A DNA stretch of 54,360 nt, filler included, from Squatina squatina (Eukaryota): assembly GCA_031763465.1 (NCBI GenBank). It is 3 parts of 3 records of this genome, joined end to end, with 100 filler letters (N's around TTAATTAATTAA, not from the genome) between each part and the next. Parts side by side here need not be neighbours in the genome. Positions count along the whole stretch, not along the records: positions 32,316 to 54,360 come from JARFOE010000192.1; 2 more parts are not named here. The stretch is one strand, 5' to 3'. Under the pieces are notes generated by a model, which had not been told where the DNA came from, made no database searches, and saw only the letters and a program-made list of their open reading frames with translations. Positions 37,477 to 50,283 of this stretch are shown here, piece by piece. The position numbers were made by a program, and so were the translations under genes. Each line of letters begins with the position of its first letter. The stretch's first letter is position 1.

Positions 37477-38334
37477 TTAAACCTTTAACCTTTTATTTAT
37501 GACATTTTTGTTGTAATATTTTGAAATTATTTTTGTTTTGCTCTGGGTTCTAAGGCAATTGGAATGGATTGTGTTTTGCAATATTAGCAGATGTGTTATG
37601 TTTGACTGGTTAATGACTTTATAATATAGCAGCCTGAGGAATTTCACGCTAGTACATTACCTCATTTTGCCATTTCTCCCCAGCTGTTTTTTTAATATTC
37701 AGAGAGTGTTCTTAGTGATGAGGAGGCCTTTTGGGGTGTCACTGCAGTAAGGGACATGATTCAGGTTGAATTGCTACAGGACGATGGTCAGATAAAGCAG
37801 CTCTGATCATCATAAGCAGATTAATACGAGATAATGTTATAATGAGCCTTGATGAAATTGAACTTTGAATCTACTTCCATATTGTGTATTTTTCTGTTTT
37901 CGCTGCGCATTTATGCAATTGTGCTTTTTTTGTAGCCTTGGCTATTGTGAATATATCCAGTTCTAAAGTACGTATGTTTCCATCCTTTGCCATTAATATA
38001 TTCGAAGGCTTTATAACCTGTATGTCATGTCTTTGCATATTCAGAATTTGTAAATTATTCATATTTCCAGCACAGTACAATTGTCCGTATATTTTGTATT
38101 TCTGTTTGCAATGTATATTTGTGACTTTGGTTACTGTGAATGTTTCCAATTCGTGTACATTTCAATCTGTTTCCAATTCACGCGTCCGTATACTGTGTTA
38201 GCTTCTTTGTCAGTGTATTGAATTGATGAATTGTATCTATTTCTGTCTCTGCATACCAGGAACCTGCGAGAGGTTGTACCTCTCCGAATATTGCGAAAGG
38301 ATCAATTTGTATATTGTTTGTTTGTACTTTTGTG

Positions 38335-38810
38335 TCTCTCGGCGCATCGCCGTGTCTTTGTATTTGTACATTGTGTGGTGCTCTGGCTGCTGTCGTGTGC
38401 CGGCTCCTTCCTGCTGGAGGAGCAGTGACCTTGGGATGGCTGGAGTTCCGGAAGTTGCCGATGTTTGCCGATGTTCGCCGGACGGTGACTCACGGCTCCA
38501 AGATGGAGGAGAGCTGGTAGAGGTGGCGGCGCTCGTTCCCTCGGTGTCGCGCTCTCTCCGCTTGGTGGTGGCGGCTGCCGATCGGGATCGGGGCTTCACG
38601 GGAGGATTGTAATCGCGCGGCCTGAGGAGGAGGAAGAGGAGGCCGCCGCCGCCATGAGCTCTGCAGAGGGGGCGGAGGACGCGGCCGGAGACGCCGATAT
38701 CGCCGCGTTTTTCCGATCGGGTGAGTGGCTGGGCGACGCGGGACGGTAGCCCGGCTTTGGGAGCTGGGCCGGGCCGGGCCCAGTGATGGTGGACAGATGC
38801 ACTGAGTGCG
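38335..38810 (+). promoter_or_regulatory. CpG island / TRIO promoter and 5'UTR
   Basis: CpG density rises sharply against an AT-rich background. It contains an ETS motif CCGGAAGT (38448-38455), a YY1-like CCAAGATGG (~38498) and a strong Kozak context GCCGCCGCCATG. Confidence 0.75.
38654..38720 (+). CDS. TRIO: Triple functional domain protein (Trio Rho GEF), first coding exon
   Basis: GCCGCCATG start; translates MSSAEGAEDAAGDADIAAFFRS(G)|GTGAGT, matching the TRIO N-terminal EGAEEAA..ADIAAFFRSG. Confidence 0.9.
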
Positions 38811-38819
38811 GGTCTGACA

Positions 38820-39025
38820 GTTGGGGAGAAGGGAATGGAGGATAGAAGGATATAAAAGGGCAGATAAGGAAATAAGAGACGAGGGAGAGGGCTAGGGAGA
38901 AGGATAGCGGGGGATGGGAAAGGTGGAGACACAAGGAGGGAAAAGGGAATGGGAGGTTGATGGAGAAAGGACGACGAAGATGCTAACGGGAAGTGTGGAA
39001 GAACTGAACAGACTGGAAAAAAAGG
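38820..39025 (+). repeat. GA-rich low-complexity tract at the start of TRIO intron 1
   Basis: A purine-rich GGA/GGGA run. Confidence 0.6.
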
Positions 39026-42000
39026 TNNNNNNNNNNNNNNNNNNNNNNNNNNNNNNNNNNNNNNNNNNNNNNNNNNNNNNNNNNNNNNNNNNNNNNNNNN
39101 NNNNNNNNNNNNNNNNNNNNNNNNNNAATTGCATAAAAACAATCCTGTGCTTCTGGTTTCCCTCTCCCTTGTGGTGAGTCACCGAGCTTCTGCTCCCCAC
39201 CGTCTCATCAGTTTGACTGAGATTAGAAACTTGATGGAGTGTCCCATTACTCCCTGATGTTATGTCTTCGTGCTCCAAAATGCTGTACTAAGTAAGATGT
39301 TTTAAAGTATCTACCAATCAGAATGAGTCATGTTTGACCTTGCTTGAAATGGTGGCAGTGCCAAGCAGTCTAGTTCTTTGAGACTCATTCAACACAAACT
39401 ACTCTCTTGGTGCAGGAATCCACCGACTAGTTGTGAGAGGCACTGTGATGAAAAGGAGGTTGTTTAAAGCTATTCTGCTAGCTATTACTTTATATCATAG
39501 TTGTACAGAAAGTTTTAAAATGCCAAAAAAAAATTCTTCTGATGCATTGTTGCAAAGGAGGTTACCTTGGCAACAAATTTTAGAGGGAATCTTTGAATTT
39601 TAGTTTTCAAATATATACAGACTTCTGGTTGGTTCAATTAATATTTTTTGCAATGCTCTTTGTTAAATCTGAGAGGCTGGCTATTCATATCACGGGATAT
39701 CTCCGGCCTGTTCATTTCCAGGTATACAAAGTAGAGCTTCCTCTGAACAGGGTCAGTTGGCTGTGGGCCACTGTAAGAAACTCATGATCCTCCTTGTTCA
39801 AGAAAATGTGGGTAATGATTTTTTTCAGGTTTGGCAGTTACGATGAACTGAAGGTGAAGGAACTTAAGACCGTTCAGATTTGTGAGTAGACTTAGAGGTA
39901 TCCTAAATAGATCTTGAGTACAAGATATTAGAAGAGTCCTTAGAATTCTAATCTTTTCATTCTGTCATTCCAAGGAGTTTAGATGACAACCCTACAGTCA
40001 ACCTATTCACTGTTCAGTCTGTAGTCATAAATTTGCTTCATGTTTTTATCTTTTAAGCATTAGTCTACAATTTTGAAAACTAAATGGAAATCTTTTGATG
40101 GCTTAAAAAAGTTCAGCAAATCAGAGCCATTATTACTAAACAGGATTTGCTGTTTTATGTAACTAAAGCCTTTCTGTGCTTTTAGCGTTCACCAAGTTCA
40201 GCTCCCTGAGATCTGCCTTGTTCCAGTTGTAACTGGCTTCAGCCTGCTCAAATGCCACCACACACAAGCTAATTATAAATCACCGCCTGTGAAAAGGTTC
40301 ATATGTTGACCATTTTTCAGGCAAGGATTTTTAATGAGCAAGTAAGGTGGAATTCAAGTGCAGAAGTATAGGTAGCTGTGCTCTGTCGATTCCTGTTTGC
40401 TAGAATTTTCCTTAACACTTACTAGCCAGAAATAAGCAACTTTTTCCCTAACTGGTTTGAACCAGAGATGAAAGCACTGATTTGATGTACTGCATTCATT
40501 CCTCGGTGGCGCTTTTAGTTTATGGAACAATGCTGTTATGTTGTNNNNNNNNNNNNNNNNNNNNNNNNNNNNNNNNNNNNNNNNNNNNNNNNNNNNNNNN
40601 NNNNNNNNNNNNNNNNNNNNNNNNNNNNNNNNNNNNNNNNNNNNTTGTGTACAGCTTTCTTCGAGTTCAGTGGCAAGCTGACTCCAAAATCTGGGCCAGT
40701 CCGTTGCTACAGAGTTGACAACAATATTTGTAGGCTTGCAAGATGTAATATAACAGCAATCATGGGTTACTTTCCTTGATGGTATGCTTCGACCGTTCAA
40801 GCTGTTTCCTAATGAATGTCAGATTTTGCTTATTTTTATTTGGTATGACTTTTTGTTATGTTTTTATTGATATTTAACAATTGCATTTATGTCTTCCTGT
40901 GGTGCTAAAACTGGGCCTGGAATTTATTTAATGATTATGACCATTCATCAAGCAATTAAATTTGCGAGCTTAATAACTTGGAAAAAGTGTTTCGATTTTG
41001 TTGAAACTTAACAAATGATCTCTAATCAGACGCTGGGTTCCTTTTTGAAAAAGGCCTGCTGAGAGCTGTCTGTTCATACATCTGTGAATGCTTAGAGCTC
41101 CAGTCCAAGCATTAGTGGTATTAAACATATTGCATTCCTGTGCATTTAGTAGGATAAGAGTCAACCACCAGGCTGAGGTGGAAAATTGTAAATCAATTAT
41201 AACCCCTGCCCCCCAAAAAACATGGAGTCTAACATCATTTTCTAAACTGTGATCATGTCGGATAGTAACATCCATAGTTTCCTGTAAATTATGTTGCATT
41301 TTGAAAATGTTAAACGAGAACGATTTGATGAGCTTTAAAGACCTATTTTGAAGGTTTTTTGGATTTTGTTATCACAGCTCAGGTGGGCAATAATGTCATT
41401 TCAGGCCGACCTCTTTGCAGNNNNNNNNNNNNNNNNNNNNNNNNNNNNNNNNNNNNNNNNNNNNNNNNNNNNNNNNNNNNNNNNNNNNNNNNNNNNNNNN
41501 NNNNNNNNNNNNNNNNNNNNGCTATGGTTTTTCATTCTGATTGCTATACAGCAGCCCATGTTGGAGGTGTGTGTTGTGAGGTCTGTGATGTCCCCTCTGA
41601 ATAATCTGTTGACACTGTAAAGGTTCACACATGAATTATGCAGTTTGGGCAAACTACTGGAGGGGGACCAGATCTCTCCTGCAGCTGGGAGATGAGGGGA
41701 ATTTAGTGAAGCAAAAGGAATGGCACACGTTTCCAAATTTCACAAAAGGGAACCAGTCTCCTTTTAAAGTAGGCATGATGAAATGGCCTAAAACTGAAAG
41801 CATTCTCTTGTGGAGGCCAGAGAAATGGATATAACACTAATAAAACTCAGTCATGGAACAGATTCCTTCTATAAAGACAGGTCTGACCATAATTTCCCTC
41901 TACATTAAATACATGTGCTATGTATCCAAAACCACATTTCTGAATGCCTGATTTTTTTACTCCACCAGATTCCTTCATAGTGTGCTCCTTATGTCAGAAG

Positions 42001-42709
42001 ATATCCATAATTCTAAGCAGACAGTTTATTCCTCCAGCTGTCTGTCTGAAGATACATCACATCCAGAATCCCAGAAATATGATCTGACATTAAAGATTTT
42101 ACTACAAACATTTTTAATATAAGAATTGAAAACAAAATGTCCATTTCAGCTGCTGTTCTTTCACCTTTGTAGCAGAATTTATTTATGAACCAGATTTGAA
42201 CATCTATACTTCATGGGGCTGTGTAAGTGCTCAGACAAGAAATGAACTTTCTAAACATGGCGAAATTAATGATTTTGATCAAACAGAACCGAGAGATTTC
42301 ATGAGATTATAGTGCTTGTACAAAAGGTTAAAGTAAAAAACGTGTTCTTGTTATTTGTAATTCATGTTGCAAGTAAGCTTTTTGTGTTTGAATCTACTTG
42401 GGTAATTGGACTCATCTGTATTCTGGAAGGTATGTATTTTATAAAGTGTTCTGGTGAGGATNNNNNNNNNNAAGTAAATGTATGTCAATGAACTAACATG
42501 CCTTTGTACCACTAAAGTCCCCGTGCTTGTAATTCTAAGATGCTCGTGAAACTAATTTCAGATTCCCCACCACAATTTGCAGGTAATCGACTTAAGTTTG
42601 ATGAACTTGTTCCATTCGTAGGAGAGATTGAATTATAGAAGTCAAGCATCAAACACATAGATTTGTTCAAAAAATATAGGTACATTTTATTGTGGACCTC
42701 AAACGTAGT

Positions 42710-42807
42710 GACCTGGAATTTTCTGTTAGCAGCGAAGCGACAGCGCTTGCTGCTGACTTCCGAGAAAGCTGCCACAAAGACCGAGCAAACAATGTGAATT
42801 TCAGGCC
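42710..42807. mobile_element. ~100-bp MITE related to the 3472-4201 element
   Basis: Ends GACCTGGAATTT ... GAATTTCAGGCC; the first ~50 bp resemble 3472-3520, and there is an internal hairpin AGCAGCGAAGCG/CGCTTGCTGCT. Confidence 0.5.
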
Positions 42808-44634
42808 TCCGAACCTTTGTTTGAATCTGGTACTCAATCAAGTGTCCAGTAACACAATGCCATTAAACAGGCTGAGCAGCCAATCGCATGGAAGAATTCT
42901 CACAGACAACAAAGTACAGGAAGTAAAATGCACAGATTCTAATTTACTTTTTATAAATATTANNNNNNNNNNNNNNNNNNNNNNNNNNNNNNNNNNNNNN
43001 NNNNNNNNNNNNNNNNNNNNNNNNNNNNNNNNNNNNNNNNNNNNNNNNNNNNNNNNNNNNNNGGTTGTCTGCATTTAATGACCTGATTACATTGACCAGT
43101 AGATGTAGGGTTGGCTCAGAGGATCAGGAAATTGCCTCATAGTCACTCTGTGGTACAGACCAGATGTCTTATCCCTCAGTCATTGCATAGTTCATTTTCA
43201 AATTGACAAAGGTCAAGTAAAACAAATTTGTGGCTCAATAGTAGCAAAAAATGACCCAGTAGCAGTAATGGATTTAAACTACTGTTTTGCCTTTCAGTTC
43301 ACTGTAACTATCCTCAATATTTTTGATACATTTTAGGTNNNNNNNNNNTAATAATTTGGTGTTTTTTAGGGTTGTAATTTAGAGATTTTGGAGAAAACCA
43401 ACCTTGTTTGAGTAACCTCTCCTTGCTGGTGGTTATATATTGAATTTTTTAAAAAACATGTGCATGACGCAGCTGAAATCAGCAGCACACCACAGGCACC
43501 AGTGTTTGAACTAAATTGAGTTCTCCCTCAGGAGAAGTCAGCCTGCTGCTGTGTAAAAGCAGAAGATGCGTCATGGATTATGTTGAGTGGAATCAAAATG
43601 ACCTATTTGAGTTAACATTTTTTGTATAAAGAGGACAAGGAGGAGAACTTCGTACTATCAGGTTCAGTTTTCTCTCTTCATTTGAACTGTTTGCAAGAAT
43701 GTATAATTGAAACCACACCACTCTCCTCTTTGTCATGCTGATGTGCTGTTAGTTGCACGTGCGTGGTGGTGATTGCGTCCTTTTTAAAGCAGATGAAGGT
43801 GATCTTGGGCAAAGAAGGTATTTTATTGTTGTATATCTCATCACTGCCTTTGAGGATTATGACTTACCAGTTACTCGATTGAAAGGCATATACATTACCG
43901 TAGGTTTGTATTCTGAGATTTTATGCTGTGGAGAAATATCTGTTTAACATGGGAGGAAGGTTAATGTGAATTTGTCTGTGATGGGTGCAGTACTGCTGTG
44001 CACAATATTTTCTGTTCCTGCATAGCTTTGTTGATTTTCTTGACAGGAAAAATAGTTAGATTTTTGTATGGTCTTATTCCTGAATAAAATTACTTTCATG
44101 ATCACTTAATTAAATATTAATGCAGAAGCATTACTTAATATATTACCCATCTGGAATGTGTACACAGTACTGTACAATTTGGATGTTTCAGACATCTGTT
44201 CTTTTTTAATAAAAAGCATGATTACAGAACAGTTGAGTGAACTGAAAGAGTTGGCTTCTACAGTTTCCCAGCTCTTATAGCATGTGAAGATTATTTTAAG
44301 CACAATAGTTTTAATAGAAACTAATAATGAAATGCCAAAATTGCAATTTTTGTTGAATTGTCTATTTAACTGACCTGTACTGTACTGTATTCCTCTAAGG
44401 CCTTGGTATATTACTGCTATACACAATGTCCTAGATTTTATGGCCAGCGGCAAGCGAATGGCGCCAGCCATTCATTACACTTACACTTGCCCACAGACTT
44501 TCTATGGGCTCTTGCACTGGAACTTGCTGTGGTTNNNNNNNNNNNNNNNNNNNNNNNNNNNNNNNNNNNNNNNNNNNNNNNNNNNNNNNNNNNNNNNNNN
44601 NNNNNNNNNNNNNNNNNNNNNNNNNNNNNNNNNN

Positions 44635-44812
44635 ATAGAGGTGACCTTGGATTTGGGCTGGAGACGGCAGATGTTAAAGAGTTTCCCACTTGTTCTGTAA
44701 CTTAGCTCGACTCCACAGGGGAGCTTCATGGATATGGGGTGGAGTGTTGCAGCTAGGAATATGGAGAAGAGTGTTGGTGTGATGACACAGCCTTGCTTGA
44801 CCCCGGGACAGG
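44635..44812 (-). mobile_element. RTE-clade LINE reverse transcriptase fragment
   Basis: Translates GVKQGCVITPTLFSIFLAATLH...GVELSYRTSGKLFNICRLQPKSK, the RTE/BovB-type GVKQGC.LAP.LF and GKLFNL.RL motifs. Confidence 0.85.
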
Positions 44813-45413
44813 AGTCCACAGCAAGGGCAGGAAACAGAAAACTACAAATATGGGGAGCCACATTTCTGGTAAGATTTGCCTGGCTAAGGTTGAAGCCTTG
44901 TCCTGGATGATTCAATCAAAGGTAAAAGAAAACTCACTGCAGTAGTTGCCAATCGATGAGACTGACTTCAGTTGTGCACTTAACACAGAATGTGGTCGAG
45001 AATTTTCACTTGAGGCAGAATGGTATGTCGATTGTTGGATTGTCCCATTTTAGGTCTGACATATGGTTGATCTGTGCTGCACTGCTGTGAGGAGACACTT
45101 CTGTGTACTGGTCAGGCACTTATCAACGAAAAGTGGGTTAAGGTCATCAGTCCAACCTTGCATGCTTCCTAGTCCAATGATCATCTCAGACTGACACTCT
45201 TGTTGGAGCTATAAATATTATAGTGACCACAATCAGTATTTACTATTTTCTTTTGCTCTATTTGGGATTGCAGCATTTTTTTTTAACACTTAATCCCTTG
45301 TAAAAGGCCAATTTTCTTCCAAACTTGCTACAGAAAGTTTTTCAGAGAAAACTGCAGAATTGCATTTGTTATTACTTGTGTGTCTTTATCTGTTGGATTT
45401 TTTTTTTCTCCAG

Positions 45414-45528
45414 GTGGACGTGATAAGCGTGGGGGCCCTGTCTTGACATTTCCAGCACGTAGCAACCATGACAGAATAAGACAAGAAGATCTTAGGCGGC
45501 TTATCTCCTATTTAGCTAATATCCCCAG
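45414..45528 (+). CDS. TRIO: TRIO exon 3 (SEC14/CRAL-TRIO domain), 115 nt
   Basis: Polypyrimidine-CAG|...|GTATGA; translates GGRDKRGGPVLTFPARSNHDRIRQEDLRRLISYLANIP. Confidence 0.95.
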
Positions 45529-46132
45529 GTATGACAAATGCATGGCATTCATTCTGAAAAATGTACCTGTGTTAGGAATTTTATACCAGTACAACTATTT
45601 GTCTTACATGAGATCACTTTTTCCTTCTAGAACTCTAATTCACTATCTTCAAACTGTGAGCCATTAATGAAAGGATAAATATCCTACCAAACATATCATA
45701 GAATTTTAATTAGATGCTGGTGAAAGACATTAAAGGGATAGTAGGTAAATAGATGGCATTGAAAAGTAGTGCCTTGTGACTGGTAATAGCTGTGACATAT
45801 GTTCCAGGATATCATCCACGTGACATAAAGATGGTGATTTTTATTTGCTCTTAATCTGATATTGGCTTGTTTTTTTGCATTAGAAAGGCTTTGCGCATGT
45901 GCAAATGCCAAATTTGATGAGTAACATTATACTGCACACTTCAGTAATACTTTCCATAGTTTGAAAAAAGACCTGATTGTATTTTAAGTGCATTTTATAT
46001 TATTTTCTTCGTGCTTTTGTTCCACAAGCTTTNNNNNNNNNNNNNNNNNNNNNNNNNNNNNNNNNNNNNNNNNNNNNNNNNNNNNNNNNNNNNNNNNNNN
46101 NNNNNNNNNNNNNNNNNNNNNNNNNNNNNNNN

Positions 46133-46220
46133 GGTTCTGACGAAGGAAACGTTGACTCTGTTTTTCTTTCCACAGATGCTGCCTGACCTGCTGAATTTTT
46201 CCAGCATTTTTTGTTTGTAT
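46133..46220. mobile_element. Penelope-like terminal fragment with decayed hammerhead core
   Basis: CTGACGA-AG-GAAACGTTGACTCTG...CCACAGATGCTGCCTGACCTGCTG; this is an inverted homolog of 52015-52098. Confidence 0.5.
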
Positions 46221-47094
46221 TCCAAATTCATTTGGAAATAGAAGCTATCATAATTATGAATGAGGTTTACAATTTTGTGCCAGTGATTGGTGTCCACAAG
46301 AAACTGGGTTAAGACTAGCCAAATTAATTTCACTTAGGACCTCTGACACCAGTCTACTGAAAAGACTTCCATCTTGCTGATCTGGGATGGATCAAACCCA
46401 CCTCCAAGAGGTAAAATCCTCAAATGGAGTCACCCAACACCATTCCTATTTCTCCCATCACTCCCGCATCCCGTCCAATATACCAAGATTGCCTTTGTTA
46501 AGTCACCAATTATATCCTTTATCTCTCTGACCATGGTGCTCTATCACTCCTCATCCTCCTTGATCTCGCCTAAGGATATAGATGTTTGGTCCCTATTCTG
46601 CTGCAGCAGCTAATCTTAGCCTGATGGAGATGTCAAAATCGATTAGACACCTTGCATTAAGGAAGAGGGAAATTGACATGGTCCCACTCCTAATCATTAT
46701 CCNNNNNNNNNNTGGTATGATGCCCTCCACAGTCAAATGTATCTTACTGTCTGGGCTCGCACATGAAAGATAACCACTTGATTAAGTACTAGAAGAAGGA
46801 GGATGCCCAGCATCTGCGGAACCATATTCCAGCAAGGAGTTCAAGTAGAAGGAAGTGATAAAATTGACAGAAAAAGGAGAGGGGTAGTAGAAGTTGCTTC
46901 AGGTCATGTATTTAAACTAAGCCATTTTATACTTGATGAAATTGTCATAATGCGATATAATTGCTTAACCCCGTCAACCAAAATCCAAAACCATGTCACT
47001 GTCGATCTTCATTTGCTGCTGCTATTCTCATGTTATCTAATTTGCTGTGAAAATATTTATACGCAGGATGTGATTTTGTTTTTCTTTTCTCTAG

Positions 47095-47287
47095 TGAGGA
47101 CGTGTGTAAGCGAGGGTTCACTGTGATAGTTGACATGCGTGGATCCAAATGGGACTCCATTAAACCGCTGCTGAAGATTCTACAGGAGTCATGTCCTGGC
47201 TGTATTCATGTTGCACTGATCATCAAGCCAGACAACTTCTGGCAGAAGCAGAGAACTAACTTTGGCAGCTCAAAGTTCGAGTTTGAG
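47095..47287 (+). CDS. TRIO: TRIO exon 4 (SEC14 domain), 193 nt
   Basis: Translates EDVCKRGFTVIVDMRGSKWDSIKPLLKILQESCPGCIHVALIIKPDNFWQKQRTNFGSSKFEFE. WDSIK, QKQRT and KFEFE are TRIO-type rather than KALRN-type. Confidence 0.95.
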
Positions 47288-48471
47288 GTACTTTCAGATG
47301 TAGATATTAGACTAATAACAAAAAGAGTTTTTTATGTTCCTCAACTTCTAAAGTAACTTATTTTTGCTAAGTCATTTAGCTTATGTGTTTCCTTCCTACA
47401 TAAAAAGGTTTAAAGCTTACTTTAGGTTTCAGCCATGCTGTCACCTGTGCACAAGACAAAACCATTTTGATAATGTTGGGAATTGGTCACAACGTGTTGG
47501 CCCCAGGCCGCCCATTCATAATAATTGGGATAATCTCAATGAAAATTAGATTATACTTTTTTATTGAGTCTTCCGGTTCTCAGCTCGTAAACTGAAGATG
47601 TTTTTGAGGAACTTGATTACAATGTACAATGTAAGTGTGTTTCCTGAAATGTAGCCAGTAGTTTTTGTTCTCCATATACAATTTTGTCAATCAGAAGCAG
47701 ACTTACAGCTGGTGTTTATTTCCAAAATTAAAACGTTAACTTTTTTTGGGAACCTTAGTAAATACTTTTTAAATACGTTGGTTTCACCAGAAAATGGCTT
47801 GGGCAAGGGGGTGTGAAGAAACTGGTTTGGAGTGGTTACAACCCTGGCCAAGATAGCTAGATTATCTATGGACATACTAACACTGGCTTTTTCCCTATTT
47901 GTGGGCAACAATTTGAACATGCTTAAAATTGTCCTCAAACTCTGAGCCACAGATGCGTCCCTGCTATTTGCATATGCATGAACAAAAGGAAAATATGCAT
48001 TACATGATCAGCTAGAAATGAATTAGAAACTTAAAACTGGACAGTTTATTGCAGTAAAGCAAAGTATATATCTCGTGTGTTAAAATCCCATCACTTAGAA
48101 CCTAGCTTGATCTTAACCCATCTAGATTGATGCTATCTCCGATAATTGATCTCTGGCATGTTTGGGCTCTGTAGTTCATTCCACCAGTCCTCCTTGCCCT
48201 CCCTACCACCTCATCTGGGAGTCCTTTAGAATTTACTAAGTTGAAATTACATTTTTTGAATTATAAACCTTTTAAAGGTGTACAATTGCTGCTCCATCAA
48301 ATTTGGATGANNNNNNNNNNNNNNNNNNNNNNNNNNNNNNNNNNNNNNNNNNNNNNNNNNNNNNNNNNNNNNNNNNNNNNNNNNNNNNNNNNNNNNNNNN
48401 NNNNNNNNNNATCTTTTGGAAATAACATGCTTTTTGACAAAGAGCTGTTTGCTCTGTGTGCTTTTTCACAG

Positions 48472-48663
48472 AATGTATATGTAAACATCAACCGCATCAT
48501 GTCAGTGGCCAACCGTTTACTGGAATCTAACCATTATGCATCTCAGCAAATCAAGCAGATTGCCAGTCAGTTGGAGCTGGAGTGGAAGGCATTTGCAGCA
48601 GCACTAGATGAGCGCAGCACCTTGCTTGACATGTCTGCTGTCTTTCATCAGAAAGCTGAGCAG
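48472..48663 (+). CDS. TRIO: TRIO exon 7 (spectrin repeats), 192 nt
   Basis: ACAG|NVYVNINRIMSVANRLLESNHYASQQIKQIASQLELEWKAFAAALDERSTLLDMSAVFHQKAEQ|GTCAGT. Confidence 0.95.
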
Positions 48664-49784
48664 GTCAGTAAATGTTTATATGGACTGTCTTGTCAACTTG
48701 TTAGCCATTCTATGTTTTGCTTTATTCTGTGAATAGGCTTTTTGTAGAGTTAGAACATTTCAACTGGGCAAGCCAGACTAGTATAACTTCCTTTTACTAT
48801 GAAAATAGTCAGCTGTTATTACACCCAATGCCAAACATTTTTGTTAGTTGGCAGCAAAACCCATTGCTGTAATTCTAACTTAAAAATATACATCAGACTT
48901 AGAGATAATGAGACATTGACTAAAATGGAGTGCTGTAATAAAATGGAAGCCTGTTTTTCTCTACTCTGCACAAGTCTTAGTTGGCATATTTAGAAGAGAG
49001 TAACAAATTATTTTTTGAAGTAGCTGAATACCTAGTGGTTGATTTTTGTATTCCTAATGCCATAGTCTATTTGTATTTAATGTAAAAGCCAGATAAAATA
49101 TGTCCAGCATATAGATTCTGCTCAACTAATTACCACAGAGAATTTATCTCCAACTGAGCCTCGAGTTTCACAGTCATGCCTTGACAAAATGGGATGTAAT
49201 GGTCTCAGTGTTTAAACTTGTCCAGGCACACATCTAAGATTACATTCTGCTATTTGTTTAGACATTATATTCTATATTTTTATTGACTCTTTTTACTTTT
49301 TTAAAAAGAAAAATGTGTATGTTTCTGCTGTAATTCTTCAGGCTTCTTTGTAGTTCCTGTTTCACACAATTCTCACCAGTGTGGAATAATTTGTAAATGC
49401 CAAGCAATTAGGCAGGGCTGCAGTCAAATGTCGAGTATATTTATTCTTAAAAATTTTATACTTTGTAGCTACCCTTTACCATTCCATGCCTCTATCAAAA
49501 TACCTAGCAATAGATCCAATTAAAGCCTTAAAATGTCAGTCTAAAAAAAATGTGTTTTGATTTCTATGACAAATTCCAAGCCATGTGCAAATTTTGATTG
49601 GGGTTCATCATTTGCAATTTGGCTTCACAATATGCACTTTTTAAAATGTAAAGTAGGATCACATAGTATTGATGCAACTGTGACNNNNNNNNNNNNNNNN
49701 NNNNNNNNNNNNNNNNNNNNNNNNNNNNNNNNNNNNNNNNNNNNNNNNNNNNNNNNNNNNNNNNNNNNNNNNNNNNNNNNNNNN

Positions 49785-49915
49785 AAGGGATCAAGGGATA
49801 TGGGGAGAAAGTGGGAACAGGGTACTGAATTTGGATGATCAGCCATGATCATATTGAATGGTGGAGCAGGCTCGAAGGGCCGCATGGCCTACTCCTGCTC
49901 CTGTTTTCTATGTTT
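49785..49915 (+). mobile_element. CR1 LINE 3'UTR/tail
   Basis: GATCAGCCATGATCATATTGAATGGTGGAGCAGGCTCGAAGGGCCGCATGGCCTACTCCTGCTCCTGTTTTCTATGTT. Confidence 0.8.
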
Positions 49916-50151
49916 CACGTGATATATTGTTCCTAACCTTATAAGGCAGTCTACAACCTGACTTACTGTAAGTAATGGCATGGGAGACTTCCTGATAATA
50001 CTATAAAAGCAGTATGTGTTCACTTCTGCTCTGTTGCACTAAATTTTCTGTGTCATTTTACAATAAAATATAAGGAAACACAGAAACTTTTTCAGGACAA
50101 GTTACTTTAAACTTAAGTGTCCATCATTGACCGTGGATTTCTATTCCCCAG

Positions 50152-50283
50152 TACATGAGCAGTGTGGATTCATGGTGTAAGGCCTGTGGAGAGGTGGAAC
50201 TTCCCTCCGAACTGCAGGATTTGGAAGATTCCATTCACCATCACCAAGGCTTATATGAACAAATAACGTTGGCGTACTCTGAG
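50152..50283 (+). CDS. TRIO: TRIO exon 8, 132 nt
   Basis: CCCCAG|YMSSVDSWCKACGEVELPSELQDLEDSIHHHQGLYEQITLAYSE|GTAAGT; absent from the ORF track. Confidence 0.95.

Noticed and set aside
38237-39142. 301-aa minus-strand ORF and overlapping ORFs
   Set aside because: These are antisense read-through of the stop-poor CpG island and GA-rich tract of TRIO. They start across a gap and contain no recognisable domain.
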